From a candidate division WOR-3 bacterium (lineage in GTDB: Bacteria > Hydrothermota > Tepidihabitantia > Tepidihabitantales > Tepidihabitantaceae), in contig JBDRUH010000003.1 in NCBI GenBank assembly GCA_039801225.1, positions 1-57,244 on the forward strand: 57,244 bases of DNA. The letters run 5' to 3'. Under the pieces are notes generated by a model. That model saw only the letters and a list, made by a program, of their open reading frames with translations, ran no database searches and had not been told where the DNA came from. This document shows, piece by piece, positions 16,755-25,405 of the stretch; the stretch's first letter is position 1; the number at the start of each line of letters is the position of its first letter. A program made the translations under genes and the position numbers.

Positions 16755-18019
16755 CCCAGCGACTAACTGAACTTCAGCGCAAACTCCTTGGTAGAGGCAG
16801 ATTAGGTCCACAAGAAATATCCCGGGCGGTGGGTGAACTCCGCACCATACTATTAGATGCCGATGTGAACTACAAAGTTGTCGGACAGTTCGTTCGTTCG
16901 GTTGAGACCCGGCTTAAGGAAGAAAACTTAAGTGCCAGTCTGAAACCTGGCGACTTAATCACCTACACCATATATCAAGAACTGATCAATCTCCTTGGCA
17001 GCACCACCCCGAAATTGGAGTTAAAGTCTACACCCGCGGTCGTCAGCCTGGTTGGACTTCAGGGCACCGGTAAAACCACCCTGACTGGCAAACTCGCCTG
17101 GCGCTACCGCAACCGAAAACCGCTCCTTGTTGCTTGCGACCCAAAAAGACCGGCAGCATCCGAGCAACTCCAGGCGGTTGCTCACCGGGTTAATTGCGAC
17201 TTTCATCCAGTAGAAAAAGATGTGGTCTCCACCTGCCTTGCGGCAAAAAATAGGGCGCAAAAAAATGGCAACGGCATTATGATCTTAGACACCGCTGGTA
17301 GACTCCATATTGATGAAGAAATGATGGTGGAATTGAAGGCAATAGAAGATAAGGTCCAACCTCAAGTTACCATTCTCGTCCTTGATGGCATGGTCGGACA
17401 AGATGCGGTCAATCAGGCGCGAGAGTTTAAAGAGCGGTTGAACATTACCGGTTGTGTTTTCACAAAACTTGATGGTGACGCCCGTGGCGGTGCAGTCCTT
17501 TCTGTCCGCCAGGTTACCGGTCTGCCAGTTTACTTTATCTCCACCGGCGAGAAACTGGAAGACCTTGAAGAGTTCCACCCTGACCGCATCGCCTCAAGGA
17601 TATTAGGGTTGGGGGATATTAAAAGCCTCGCCGAAAAAGTTCAGGCGGTAACCGAAGAAAGGGACCAAAGGCAAATCGCAGAAAAATTTCTCAAAGGCAA
17701 ATTTGACTTAGAAGACTTTCTCCATCAATTGCGCACCGTAAAGAAAATGGGCTCCTTCTCCCGGCTACTTTCTATGATACCGGGCGCCGGCAATATCCAG
17801 GTGGATGAAAAAGAGTTTATTCGGGTTGAAGCGATAATCCAGTCAATGACAAAAGAAGAAAGACGCAACCCTGATATTATTGACGGTTCCCGGCGCCAGC
17901 GCATCGCTCAAGGCTCGGGGACAACCGTCACCGATGTCAACCGACTCCTTAAAGAGTTTGAGCAGGCACGCGCCCTTGCCCGCCAACTCTCCAGGGGCAA
18001 AAGAGCCCCTTTTCCTTAA
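16739..18019 (+). CDS. ffh: signal recognition particle protein Ffh
   Basis: The NG domain is recognisable (GLQGTGKTTLTGKLA, DTAGR, TKLDGDARGG). A Met-rich M domain follows (KKMGSFSRLLSMIPGAG). Confidence 0.9.
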   Translation: MFDILTQRLTELQRKLLGRGRLGPQEISRAVGELRTILLDADVNYKVVGQFVRSVETRLKEENLSASLKPGDLITYTIYQELINLLGSTTPKLELKSTPAVVSLVGLQGTGKTTLTGKLAWRYRNRKPLLVACDPKRPAASEQLQAVAHRVNCDFHPVEKDVVSTCLAAKNRAQKNGNGIMILDTAGRLHIDEEMMVELKAIEDKVQPQVTILVLDGMVGQDAVNQAREFKERLNITGCVFTKLDGDARGGAVLSVRQVTGLPVYFISTGEKLEDLEEFHPDRIASRILGLGDIKSLAEKVQAVTEERDQRQIAEKFLKGKFDLEDFLHQLRTVKKMGSFSRLLSMIPGAGNIQVDEKEFIRVEAIIQSMTKEERRNPDIIDGSRRQRIAQGSGTTVTDVNRLLKEFEQARALARQLSRGKRAPFP

Positions 18020-18126
18020 GTAAAACAGTCGTCATTGCGAGCCCCTCGGCTCTGTCATTACAACCGAGCCAACGGCGAGTGGAAGAATTCCTTCGCTCGG
18101 GGCAGGCTTTACCCGAAGCAATCCCC

Positions 18127-18278
18127 CTATCTATGAGAAACTCTAAATCCGAAATCCTAAATTCTAAACAAGTTCAAAGCACAAATGTTATAAATCCAAA
18201 ATGTTTTGATAATTGGGATTTTGGTATTAGAAATTGTTTAGGATTTAGTGCTTTGAAAATTAGGATTTATTGGCGTCG
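18127..18278 (+). repeat. ~150-bp MITE-like repeat, copy B (intergenic, ffh/xerC)
   Basis: Aligned by eye to copies A and C with only scattered substitutions. It generates the spurious ORF 18079-18312. Confidence 0.85.
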
Positions 18279-18352
18279 ACTCGGAGCAGGCTCCGCGAAG
18301 CAATCTCATTAATTGGGGGTTACTTCGGGTTTATGCCCTCGTAATACCACAT

Positions 18353-18405
18353 CGGCTGTCGGCTGTCGCCCGGAATCGGGCGCCCGATTTGTGCGGCTGT
18401 CGGCC
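18353..18405 (+). repeat. 53-nt module: CGGCTGT heptamers flanking the 16-bp perfect palindrome AATCGGGCGCCCGATT
   Basis: The module is CGGCTGTCGGCTGTCGCCCGGAATCGGGCGCCCGATTTGTGCGGCTGTCGGCC. It differs at 3 positions from 48569-48621. The palindrome lies at 18374-18389. Confidence 0.9.
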
Positions 18406-18437
18406 AAAGGTCTGCGCCACAAACCCAGAACTAAGAA

Positions 18438-19427
18438 CTAATTCCTCTTAGACCGGGGATGGGCTTTGTCATAAATTTTGCGTAGGCGTTCAATTGTCAG
18501 ATGGGTATAAATCTGAGTTGAGGAAAGGGAGGCGTGCCCTAAAAGTTCCTGAACCGCACGCAGGTCTGCTCCCCTTTCTAAGAGATGGGTCGCAAAAGCG
18601 TGGCGAAGCGCGTGAGGGTTGGTAGCGGTAATACCGGCAATACGATTTAGCGCCCGACGGACAATTTTCTGAACTGAACGGGTTGTAATTCTTTCTCCAC
18701 GGTTGTTCAAAAATACCGCTTTAGCCTGAGGGTAACCCCGCGCGGCAAGATATTCCTGAAGAGCCTCTTTTTCTTTTTTACCCATAGGAAGAATTCGTTC
18801 TTTGTTCCCTTTTCCCCAAACCCTGATGGTCTCCTGTTCAAAGTCAATGTCAGAAATGTTTAAGCCCACCAGTTCTGAGGCGCGTAAACCCGAACCATAG
18901 AGCGTCTCTAATATTGCCTTTTCTCGGATATAGGGCAAGGCTTTAGCCCTGCTTTCCCTTTCCTGATTTCCGTTTTCCGCCGACAGCCAACACCCGACAG
19001 CCGACTCCCATCTTGGTAGATCTTCGGCAAGCGCCTGGGTAACCTGAAACTGAGTTAAAAATGGTGGTAGTTTTCTGTCTCCTTTGGGGCTTTTAATTCC
19101 CCGTGCCGGAGAGTTTGCCAATTTGCCAATGTTCACCAGATAGCGGAAGAAGGATTTGATGGTTGATAGTTTCCGTGCGGCGCTTTTAGCGGTATAGCCA
19201 TAACGCATTACCGCACCTAAGAAGTCCCGAATATCCGAACGGCTGATAGCGCCAATAGACTTTTTCTTTAGTCGCTCGGTGCAAAAATCAAAGAACTGAA
19301 CAAGGTCAACCTGGTAAGAGCGAACCGTGTGTAAGGAATAACGCCGTTCCTTTTTCAGGTAGACAAGGAAATTTTCAATTGCCCGTTGATAATCAATAAT
19401 GCGACACCGAAGACCGTCTTCTGTCAT
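18438..19427 (-). CDS. site-specific tyrosine recombinase XerC/XerD family
   Basis: The core-binding domain is present (SLHTVRSYQVDLVQFFDF, ARKLSTIKSFFRYL). The catalytic domain has LYGSGLRASEL, HALRHAFATHLLERGADLRAVQELLGHASLSSTQIYTH. A repeat-encoded insertion lies in the inter-domain linker. Confidence 0.85.
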   Translation of the reverse strand: MTEDGLRCRIIDYQRAIENFLVYLKKERRYSLHTVRSYQVDLVQFFDFCTERLKKKSIGAISRSDIRDFLGAVMRYGYTAKSAARKLSTIKSFFRYLVNIGKLANSPARGIKSPKGDRKLPPFLTQFQVTQALAEDLPRWESAVGCWLSAENGNQERESRAKALPYIREKAILETLYGSGLRASELVGLNISDIDFEQETIRVWGKGNKERILPMGKKEKEALQEYLAARGYPQAKAVFLNNRGERITTRSVQKIVRRALNRIAGITATNPHALRHAFATHLLERGADLRAVQELLGHASLSSTQIYTHLTIERLRKIYDKAHPRSKRN

Positions 19428-19440
19428 CGGTCTTTTTACC

Positions 19441-20085
19441 TTATTTCACAACCCCGAGCCAGTCGGACAAAAGGAATTGAAGCCTGCCGATAAAAAGGGA
19501 GATGCGTGCCATTACTGTGTAGCCGAATGAGGCACCAAAGCCGACCATAATGAAGATGATACCAGCATAACTCAATGGTTTTAGTACGCCCTTCCGCTCA
19601 GTGGAGAAAAAGAAGTAACTGATGGTGGCAAGAACGCCTAAAAGGATAATCACCGCCCATAATCCGGTATGCCAGTTAGCAAAGGAGGCGCGGGTAACGA
19701 CCGTCGCCTTTAACTGCCTGATGATTTGCGCATCTATTCCCCGCGGGATTGTTGCCCCGCAGGAGTAACCCAATACTATGGCAATTGGTATTCGGACAAG
19801 CCAGGACAATTTGGGTATAAAGCGGGTAAAATAAAGGGCACCGATAATAGCGATAGCAACAAGCCATATCTTTGTTGTGAGCGGAGTCTGGGCAGCACCT
19901 ACCCGGTCAAAAAGACTGGGGACAAGGATACGATGCCAGTAGAAGGTTATCGCATAGCCGTTGGCGATGCCAACATAGAGGTGTTCGGCAAAACGGTAAA
20001 AGGGGTTCTCCTTATAAAGAAATGAGAAAATTGCCAATGTCAAAATTGCTGCAATCCAAACCCAGGGGTCGGTTGAGATGTTCAT
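19441..20085 (-). CDS. hypothetical polytopic membrane protein (about 6 TM), 4th gene of the uncharacterised operon
   Basis: 214-aa product with repeated hydrophobic helices. Its start makes an ATGA overlap with the upstream gene. I recognise no family. Confidence 0.6.
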   Translation of the reverse strand: MNISTDPWVWIAAILTLAIFSFLYKENPFYRFAEHLYVGIANGYAITFYWHRILVPSLFDRVGAAQTPLTTKIWLVAIAIIGALYFTRFIPKLSWLVRIPIAIVLGYSCGATIPRGIDAQIIRQLKATVVTRASFANWHTGLWAVIILLGVLATISYFFFSTERKGVLKPLSYAGIIFIMVGFGASFGYTVMARISLFIGRLQFLLSDWLGVVK

Positions 20086-20978
20086 TTCCTTTTTCCCCTT
20101 GTGGCAAAATAGGCGATATTACCGAGGAGGATAAACCCCATAATTGCCAAATGGGCTGCGGTCTGAGACGACATCGCTTCAGTTCCGCGATTACGCAAAG
20201 CCCAGTCCATACCGTTTTTCTTCATCCGTTCGGCAACCAGTTGTTCATATTCCGCAGCCCCTTTCATCCCGGCAAGCATACCAATGAACTGCCCGGAGTT
20301 GACATAAGGGTAGAAGTCAGCCGCCGATACCGCGGTTATGCCGCAACTTAAGTTGACACCAAACTGAACTTGAGCAAAGTTAATCCAAGAAAGGGGGATT
20401 GCCGATGCTGCTATACTGGTGAGGATACCAATGTCGTCGTAGTTCTTGATGTGGCGCATTACTGGCAAACTTTCGGTCCTGTTGCCGTAATAATCAACCG
20501 GAAAGACATTGGTAATACGCTCCCCCATTCCGAGCATCACTGTTAAAACCGGGGTGGTCCAACCCCAGAACACATAATCTTCACCATAGATGACCGAATC
20601 CTCATGGGTTAAGGCATGGGCATTGAATTCTGCTGTAACCTCTCGAATCGCCTCTTCACCTAAACCGAGACCATATACCGATATGGCGAGTATTCCTACC
20701 CGGCGTTTAATCGCAAAGGCGTGGCGCAATAGAGCAACAACCATTGGCTGGAGTTCGGCTCTGGTATCCGGAGTAAAGTCTACGGAAATAACCAGCGCCT
20801 TGTTTTCCGGCATCGTGTCAATGTAGTTGAATAACTGCTGAACCGGCGGAGTGGGTTTGGGCTGAATCCGGAAGGGAAAAATCAAAGGTAACATAATCAC
20901 TAGCCAGAGAATGAGGTAAATATAGCGTCGGTCAATTCGCAGAAGGTGAACAAGAATATTTTCTCTCGGTTCACTCAT
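20082..20978 (-). CDS. hypothetical bitopic membrane protein (N-terminal TM, ~230-aa domain, C-terminal TM), 3rd gene of the operon
   Basis: 298-aa product. TM segments are YIYLILWLVIMLPLIFPF and AAHLAIMGFILLGNIAYFA. It has ATGA overlaps at both ends. I recognise no family. Confidence 0.6.
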   Translation of the reverse strand: MSEPRENILVHLLRIDRRYIYLILWLVIMLPLIFPFRIQPKPTPPVQQLFNYIDTMPENKALVISVDFTPDTRAELQPMVVALLRHAFAIKRRVGILAISVYGLGLGEEAIREVTAEFNAHALTHEDSVIYGEDYVFWGWTTPVLTVMLGMGERITNVFPVDYYGNRTESLPVMRHIKNYDDIGILTSIAASAIPLSWINFAQVQFGVNLSCGITAVSAADFYPYVNSGQFIGMLAGMKGAAEYEQLVAERMKKNGMDWALRNRGTEAMSSQTAAHLAIMGFILLGNIAYFATRGKRK

Positions 20979-21643
20979 TTACCACCCCCACCCAACCAGC
21001 CCCGCTCAATGCCCAGAATGATTTTAAGCGAAGTGGCAAAAATCCCCAGTTCAACTCCAAACAAAATTCCCCGTTTTGAAGCGGTATTGGGCACAGCGAG
21101 AATCCATTCGGCAAATGCCGGCAACTGACGGTGGATAATTCTGCCCAAAGGCACCGAGCCAAGCATCAAAATAAAAGCGGCAAGCAAAAGCAGGGTTGCC
21201 TCAAGGTTGCGGGCACGGAAGGCACGGTAAGCGGCAGAGGACATAAAGAAGGCTAAAAGGGAGAACATTGTTGCGGCAAGTGGCACCATCATATTGGAGT
21301 AAAGCGTCTGAATATGAAAAGAGAAGTTACCAATCCGGGTTGGCAAAATCCCGGGACGGGAAACATCAATGCCACCAAATAAACCGATGATGGCGGTAAT
21401 AACCAAAGCGACAATTGTAATGTAACTGTAGGACCAGAACTGCGCCTTTCGTCTAATCTTCAAAAGATGGTGCTGGACGATAGAACCCACGCCCAGGACC
21501 AAACTGAATGCGGCAATTATGCGATTAACATCGTTGCGCATTGTCTCATCAGCCGCGCGGATGGCAGGGTGAGGCACAAAGAAGGCAACCGCACCAAAAA
21601 TGCCGGTTAAGAGGACGATAAGCAAAGGGATGCGCCGTTTCAT
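20975..21643 (-). CDS. hypothetical polytopic membrane protein (about 6 TM), 2nd gene of the operon
   Basis: 222-aa hydrophobic product. It starts 1 nt after the stop of the upstream gene. I recognise no family. Confidence 0.6.
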   Translation of the reverse strand: MKRRIPLLIVLLTGIFGAVAFFVPHPAIRAADETMRNDVNRIIAAFSLVLGVGSIVQHHLLKIRRKAQFWSYSYITIVALVITAIIGLFGGIDVSRPGILPTRIGNFSFHIQTLYSNMMVPLAATMFSLLAFFMSSAAYRAFRARNLEATLLLLAAFILMLGSVPLGRIIHRQLPAFAEWILAVPNTASKRGILFGVELGIFATSLKIILGIERGWLGGGGK

Positions 21644-21644
21644 A

Positions 21645-22727
21645 TTACAACCATTTCAGAACCGGTAGATTAAAGCCTAAGGCAAGGATGGTTAAAATAA
21701 GAATAAGAAAGGTTATAAGCGCCTTGGTGTAGTCCTGCCCTTTGATAGCACCAAGGAGTAGCGGCTCGCGCGAGATATAGGCGCTGGCAGCATAAAGCTC
21801 CTCGCCAATCAGGGTGTAGTCACAGGCAGTAATAAAGAACGGCAACTGGGCAATGGCGTCAGTGCCGGCAATCTGAATCGCACCGGTCGCAGCCCCGGTT
21901 TCGGCAAGGATTAATGACTCTGCCCAGAACATCCCGATGAGGAAGTTTGTTGCTGGCTGCTCCCGGGTCATAATGCCATCAACCGCCGCGGCAAAGGCAA
22001 ACTGCTGGTCGGTGACAAAGAAGACAATGTCCTGATGAAAAGCATCAGGTCTCCCTGCGGTTGTGTAGGATTCCTTAACAACTTCGCGGGCAACTGTATA
22101 GACAATCGGATCCGCCACCGGAACAATCAAGGGTGTGCCGAACTGAGCGGTCTTTTTGGCAACCTCACCTAAGATGTTGAGCGAAGCGATGGTAGCAACA
22201 TCAGCCATTGATGAAAGTCCTGGCACATAGAGCGTTGCCCTGCCCATTTCAGTTGCCCTGCCAAGAGCCTCTTCTACCGCATCCAAACCGGCGATACGCC
22301 GGATAAAAAGCCCTTTATCCCTTTTTGCCCGGTTGATAAAATAAACAAAGATAAAACTGAAGAGCAATGTACCCACGAGCGCCGGGAGGGTGGTCAGGTC
22401 AAACCAGTGGGGAATGGCAAATGCGTAATCAGAAGGTTCTGAAACGGCGGTTTCGCTTTCTGAATGGGCAAGGATCTGGTAGCGGTAATGAATCCGGTTT
22501 TCCGCTTGGTCATCAGTGTAGCGGTTGGCAAGTCTCCCCAGAAAGGCAAGCGTCTCCCATTCTTCGGAACCCTTTTTCTGCCGGAGAACCTGATAGCCCA
22601 ATACATTAGGGTCATTAGACCTCTGCCAGACGACAAGAATTTTTCCCCCTTCATCATTGGGGACATCCCTCGCGCACACCGCCTCGGGCGGAGATATAGA
22701 GGTTAAAAAAAGGAATAGCGGTAACAC
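21645..22727 (-). CDS. hypothetical membrane protein with N-terminal signal peptide and FN3-like domain, 1st gene of the operon
   Basis: 360-aa product with signal-like N-terminus MLPLFLFLTSISPPEAVCA. A beta-sandwich-like segment follows (ILVVWQRSNDPNVLGYQVLRQKKGSEEWETL...IHYRYQILAHS). Then come a TM (LPALVGTLLFSFIFVYFI), a ~200-aa domain and a C-terminal TM. Confidence 0.6.
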   Translation of the reverse strand: MLPLFLFLTSISPPEAVCARDVPNDEGGKILVVWQRSNDPNVLGYQVLRQKKGSEEWETLAFLGRLANRYTDDQAENRIHYRYQILAHSESETAVSEPSDYAFAIPHWFDLTTLPALVGTLLFSFIFVYFINRAKRDKGLFIRRIAGLDAVEEALGRATEMGRATLYVPGLSSMADVATIASLNILGEVAKKTAQFGTPLIVPVADPIVYTVAREVVKESYTTAGRPDAFHQDIVFFVTDQQFAFAAAVDGIMTREQPATNFLIGMFWAESLILAETGAATGAIQIAGTDAIAQLPFFITACDYTLIGEELYAASAYISREPLLLGAIKGQDYTKALITFLILILTILALGFNLPVLKWL

Positions 22728-22843
22728 TACTTTAAGATTTTATTAACTTCATTTCTGATGTCAATATATGGTTTTAGTTGTTTGTTTTTGTTTTTTGGAT
22801 AAACTAAGAAACACAACGGTAAAGTTTAAAAAGGAGTTTAAAA

Positions 22844-23206
22844 ATGAGGTTTTTTGTTTTTCTCTCTTCAGTTGTCATTTTAGTATCTATTGTTTCTTCC
22901 CCAGGCTGCTTTAGAAACTCTCCTCCAGAAAAGCCGATTTTATTGGGACCGGACACCGCTAAAGTCGGTGATACAATATCTATCCGGGTTTACACAATTG
23001 ATCCGGAGGACCAGGTGGTAAGTTATAAAGTTGAGTGGGGCGATACTACCACACCGGTCTGGTCTTTCTTCTTCCCCTCCGGCGAAACAATCATCCGGAC
23101 TCATATTTATTATTCCCCGGGCGTTTACCCGGTAAGAACAAAAGCAAAAGATATTGACCGGGGCGAGTCAGACTGGTCCGATACTTTAAAACTTAAGATA
23201 AATTAA
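22844..23206 (+). CDS. small secreted/lipoprotein with a PKD-like domain
   Basis: AAGGAG RBS upstream. The signal peptide ends in SSPGC. A PKD-type motif is present (YKVEWGDTTTP...HIYYSPGVYPVRTKAKD). Confidence 0.6.
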   Translation: MRFFVFLSSVVILVSIVSSPGCFRNSPPEKPILLGPDTAKVGDTISIRVYTIDPEDQVVSYKVEWGDTTTPVWSFFFPSGETIIRTHIYYSPGVYPVRTKAKDIDRGESDWSDTLKLKIN

Positions 23207-24212
23207 CCGCCAGCTGACCGCAGCCGGCGCTGATTCTCGCTCCTCTACTCTGACGAATCGTTACCGCCGGAAGGTAAGGATAAAGGATATGGGCAAAATT
23301 CTCTACTGAGCGAAGTGTTGGCGGCTTAAATTCCGAGCCGGGAATCGGGTTATAGGGGATAAGATTGATTTTGCATGGGATATCTCTTAAAATAGTTACC
23401 AAACGAAGCGCATCTTCTCTCAGGTTGTTCACCCCATCAATCAAAACATATTCAAAAGTTACCCGGCGCTTCGTCTTTTCCACATAATAACGCACCGCAG
23501 AAAAGAGCCTCTTGAGAGGGTAACGGTTATTGATAGGCATAAGCCGAGAGCGGACAGCATCGGTAGTGGCATTAAGCGAAACCGCTAACCGAACTTGGTA
23601 GGGAAATTCGGCAACCTGATGAATCCCTTCTGGAATTCCTGCAGTAGAAACGGTTATCCGCCGGGCACCAATCTTCAGACCGTAATTGGAGTTAATTGTC
23701 CTTATCGCCTCTGCCACCTCTTGCCAATTAAACAACGGTTCACCCATCCCCATAAATACCACATTAGTAGGTGCCAATTTCATCTCTCTGCCAACCGCCT
23801 GGATTTGCTCAACAATCTCATACCAGGCTAGATTCCTCTTGAACCCCATACGGGCAGTAGCGCAAAATCTACAGCCCAATGAACAACCAACTTGAGTGGA
23901 TACACACACTGTCCGACGGTTCTGGTCAATAATAAATACCGACTCAACCAACAAGCCATCTTTTAAAGGAAAGGTAAATTTTGTGGTCTGGTCAGCACTC
24001 TCCCGACGCCGCTCAGGAACGAGATGGCTGATATGGTATTCTTTTCTGAGCCGGTCCCGGAACTCTTTGCTTAAATTGGTCATCTCATCAAAACTATTAA
24101 CCCCCTTTTGCCAGAGCCAGAGAAACACCTGCTGAGCACGATATTTCTCCCAGGACAACTTTGCACCAATTTCTTTTAACTCTTCAAAGGTAAAGCTTTT
24201 AATGTCGGTCAC
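23193..24212 (-). CDS. rlmN: 23S rRNA/tRNA (adenine-C2)-methyltransferase RlmN (radical SAM)
   Basis: The radical-SAM motif is VGCSLGCRFCAT. GMGEPLFN and the C-terminal CGQL motif are also present. Confidence 0.9.
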   Translation of the reverse strand: MTDIKSFTFEELKEIGAKLSWEKYRAQQVFLWLWQKGVNSFDEMTNLSKEFRDRLRKEYHISHLVPERRRESADQTTKFTFPLKDGLLVESVFIIDQNRRTVCVSTQVGCSLGCRFCATARMGFKRNLAWYEIVEQIQAVGREMKLAPTNVVFMGMGEPLFNWQEVAEAIRTINSNYGLKIGARRITVSTAGIPEGIHQVAEFPYQVRLAVSLNATTDAVRSRLMPINNRYPLKRLFSAVRYYVEKTKRRVTFEYVLIDGVNNLREDALRLVTILRDIPCKINLIPYNPIPGSEFKPPTLRSVENFAHILYPYLPAVTIRQSRGARISAGCGQLAVNLS

Positions 24213-24229
24213 ACCAATTTCGGCTTAAT

Positions 24230-25405
24230 CTATTCGGGGCGGAGACCAACATTAAGGACAATACCCACCATAATTGCCGAAACCACCAAAGATGACCCAC
24301 CATAACTGATAAAGGGAAGGGTGATACCGGTTATTGGTAACAGCCCTAAAAGCATGCCGATGTTCACAAAGATATGATACAGGAAAATCGCTCCAAAGCC
24401 AACGCAGATTAATGCCCCCTCTTGGTCACGGGTGGCATAGGCGACCTGAAGAATCTGCCGAAGGAAAAGGGTAAATATACCAAGAAGAACAAGACAACCT
24501 ATCAAACCGGTCTCCTCGGCAAACGATGAGAAGATGAAATCGGTATGGCGATTTGGTAAGAAACCAAGTCTTTTTTGAGTGCCGGAAAGGTAGCCTTTGC
24601 CAAAGATTCTGCCTGACCCGATCGCAATCTGCGACTGAATCGCATTCCAACCGAGACCGTGCGGGTCAAGCCAAGGGGCAAAGAAACTTGCCACCCGGGC
24701 ACGCTGGTAGTCTTTTAAATGGGAGAGAACAACGGGCGAGAGAAGCCCGAATACCGAGGCGACCGCTAAGGCAATGATTGCCCGGGACAAGGGAAGGCGC
24801 AGAAACACAATAACGGCAAGAATGATGAAGAACGGCACCCAGAGGTAAAGAGAAAATCCGGCAACAAATGAAAAAAGGGGCATAAATAACAAAAGGATAT
24901 GAAGAGGACTCAAACCCTGCCAGTATAACATCGCCGCAAATGCCGGGAGAAGACTAAGCGCGCTACCAAGGTCCGGTTCAATAAGAATTAAAAATAGCGG
25001 TATGATAATGATAAGCGCCGGCAGGGCGATGGTGTTAAAGTTGAGTTTGAGCGAACGTTTGTAACTTATGTATTTTGCTAACATTAAAACTGTGGCAATT
25101 TTAGCAAACTCTGAAGGCTGAAACGATATTTCGCCAAACGAGAACCAGCGCCGTGCCCCAGGACCACCTCCTAACAAAAGAACGCCAATAAGAAGAAGAA
25201 GAGTGAAAAGATAAATAATTTCTGTTATACCATAAAGAATATGTCGGCGCAGAAATATCGCACCAATCAGTCCGCCAAAAGCAACTGGAATAAAAAGTAA
25301 CTGTTTAATAAAATAGCGGCTGCCTCCTGCTGAATAGATGGCAAAAAGACCAACCGCAATTAAAATGACGGTATAAAGGATTAGCGACAAATCCTTAGTT
25401 TTCAT
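24230..25405 (-). CDS. rodA: rod shape-determining protein RodA (SEDS family)
   Basis: It carries FtsW/RodA/SpoVE motifs (QPSEFAKI, LEPDLGSA, HTDFIFS, LPITGITLPFISYGGSS). I chose the ATG at 25405 (MKTKDLSLILY...), which overlaps the mrdA stop by 11 nt. The track start at 25480 lies inside mrdA. Confidence 0.85.
   Translation of the reverse strand: MKTKDLSLILYTVILIAVGLFAIYSAGGSRYFIKQLLFIPVAFGGLIGAIFLRRHILYGITEIIYLFTLLLLIGVLLLGGGPGARRWFSFGEISFQPSEFAKIATVLMLAKYISYKRSLKLNFNTIALPALIIIIPLFLILIEPDLGSALSLLPAFAAMLYWQGLSPLHILLLFMPLFSFVAGFSLYLWVPFFIILAVIVFLRLPLSRAIIALAVASVFGLLSPVVLSHLKDYQRARVASFFAPWLDPHGLGWNAIQSQIAIGSGRIFGKGYLSGTQKRLGFLPNRHTDFIFSSFAEETGLIGCLVLLGIFTLFLRQILQVAYATRDQEGALICVGFGAIFLYHIFVNIGMLLGLLPITGITLPFISYGGSSLVVSAIMVGIVLNVGLRPE

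Larger units (their letters stand above)
18020..18437. repeat. modular GC-rich repeat island 1 (between convergent ffh and xerC)
   Basis: It contains GTCATTGCGAGCCCCTCGGC, CGCTCGGGGCAGGCTTTACCCGAAGCAATCC, MITE copy B and GCAGGCTCCGCGAAGCAATCTC. It also holds a CGGCTGT heptamer/palindrome module and a terminal AAGAACT array. The modules recur at 27121-27173, 31240-31500, 48535-48625 and 50100-50480. Confidence 0.8.

Noticed and set aside
18079-18312. 77-aa ORF (MEEFLRSGQALPEAIPLSMRNSKSEILNSKQVQ...) between ffh and xerC
   Set aside because: It is composed entirely of repeat-island modules plus MITE copy B. The same 'peptide' appears wherever the repeat occurs. It has no RBS.
18438-19427. The tyrosine recombinase as the integrase of a mobile element carrying the four membrane genes
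   Set aside because: The sequence has XerC/D-type hallmarks throughout. The flanks are core genes (ffh, rlmN). I saw no direct repeats or tRNA gene that would delimit an island.
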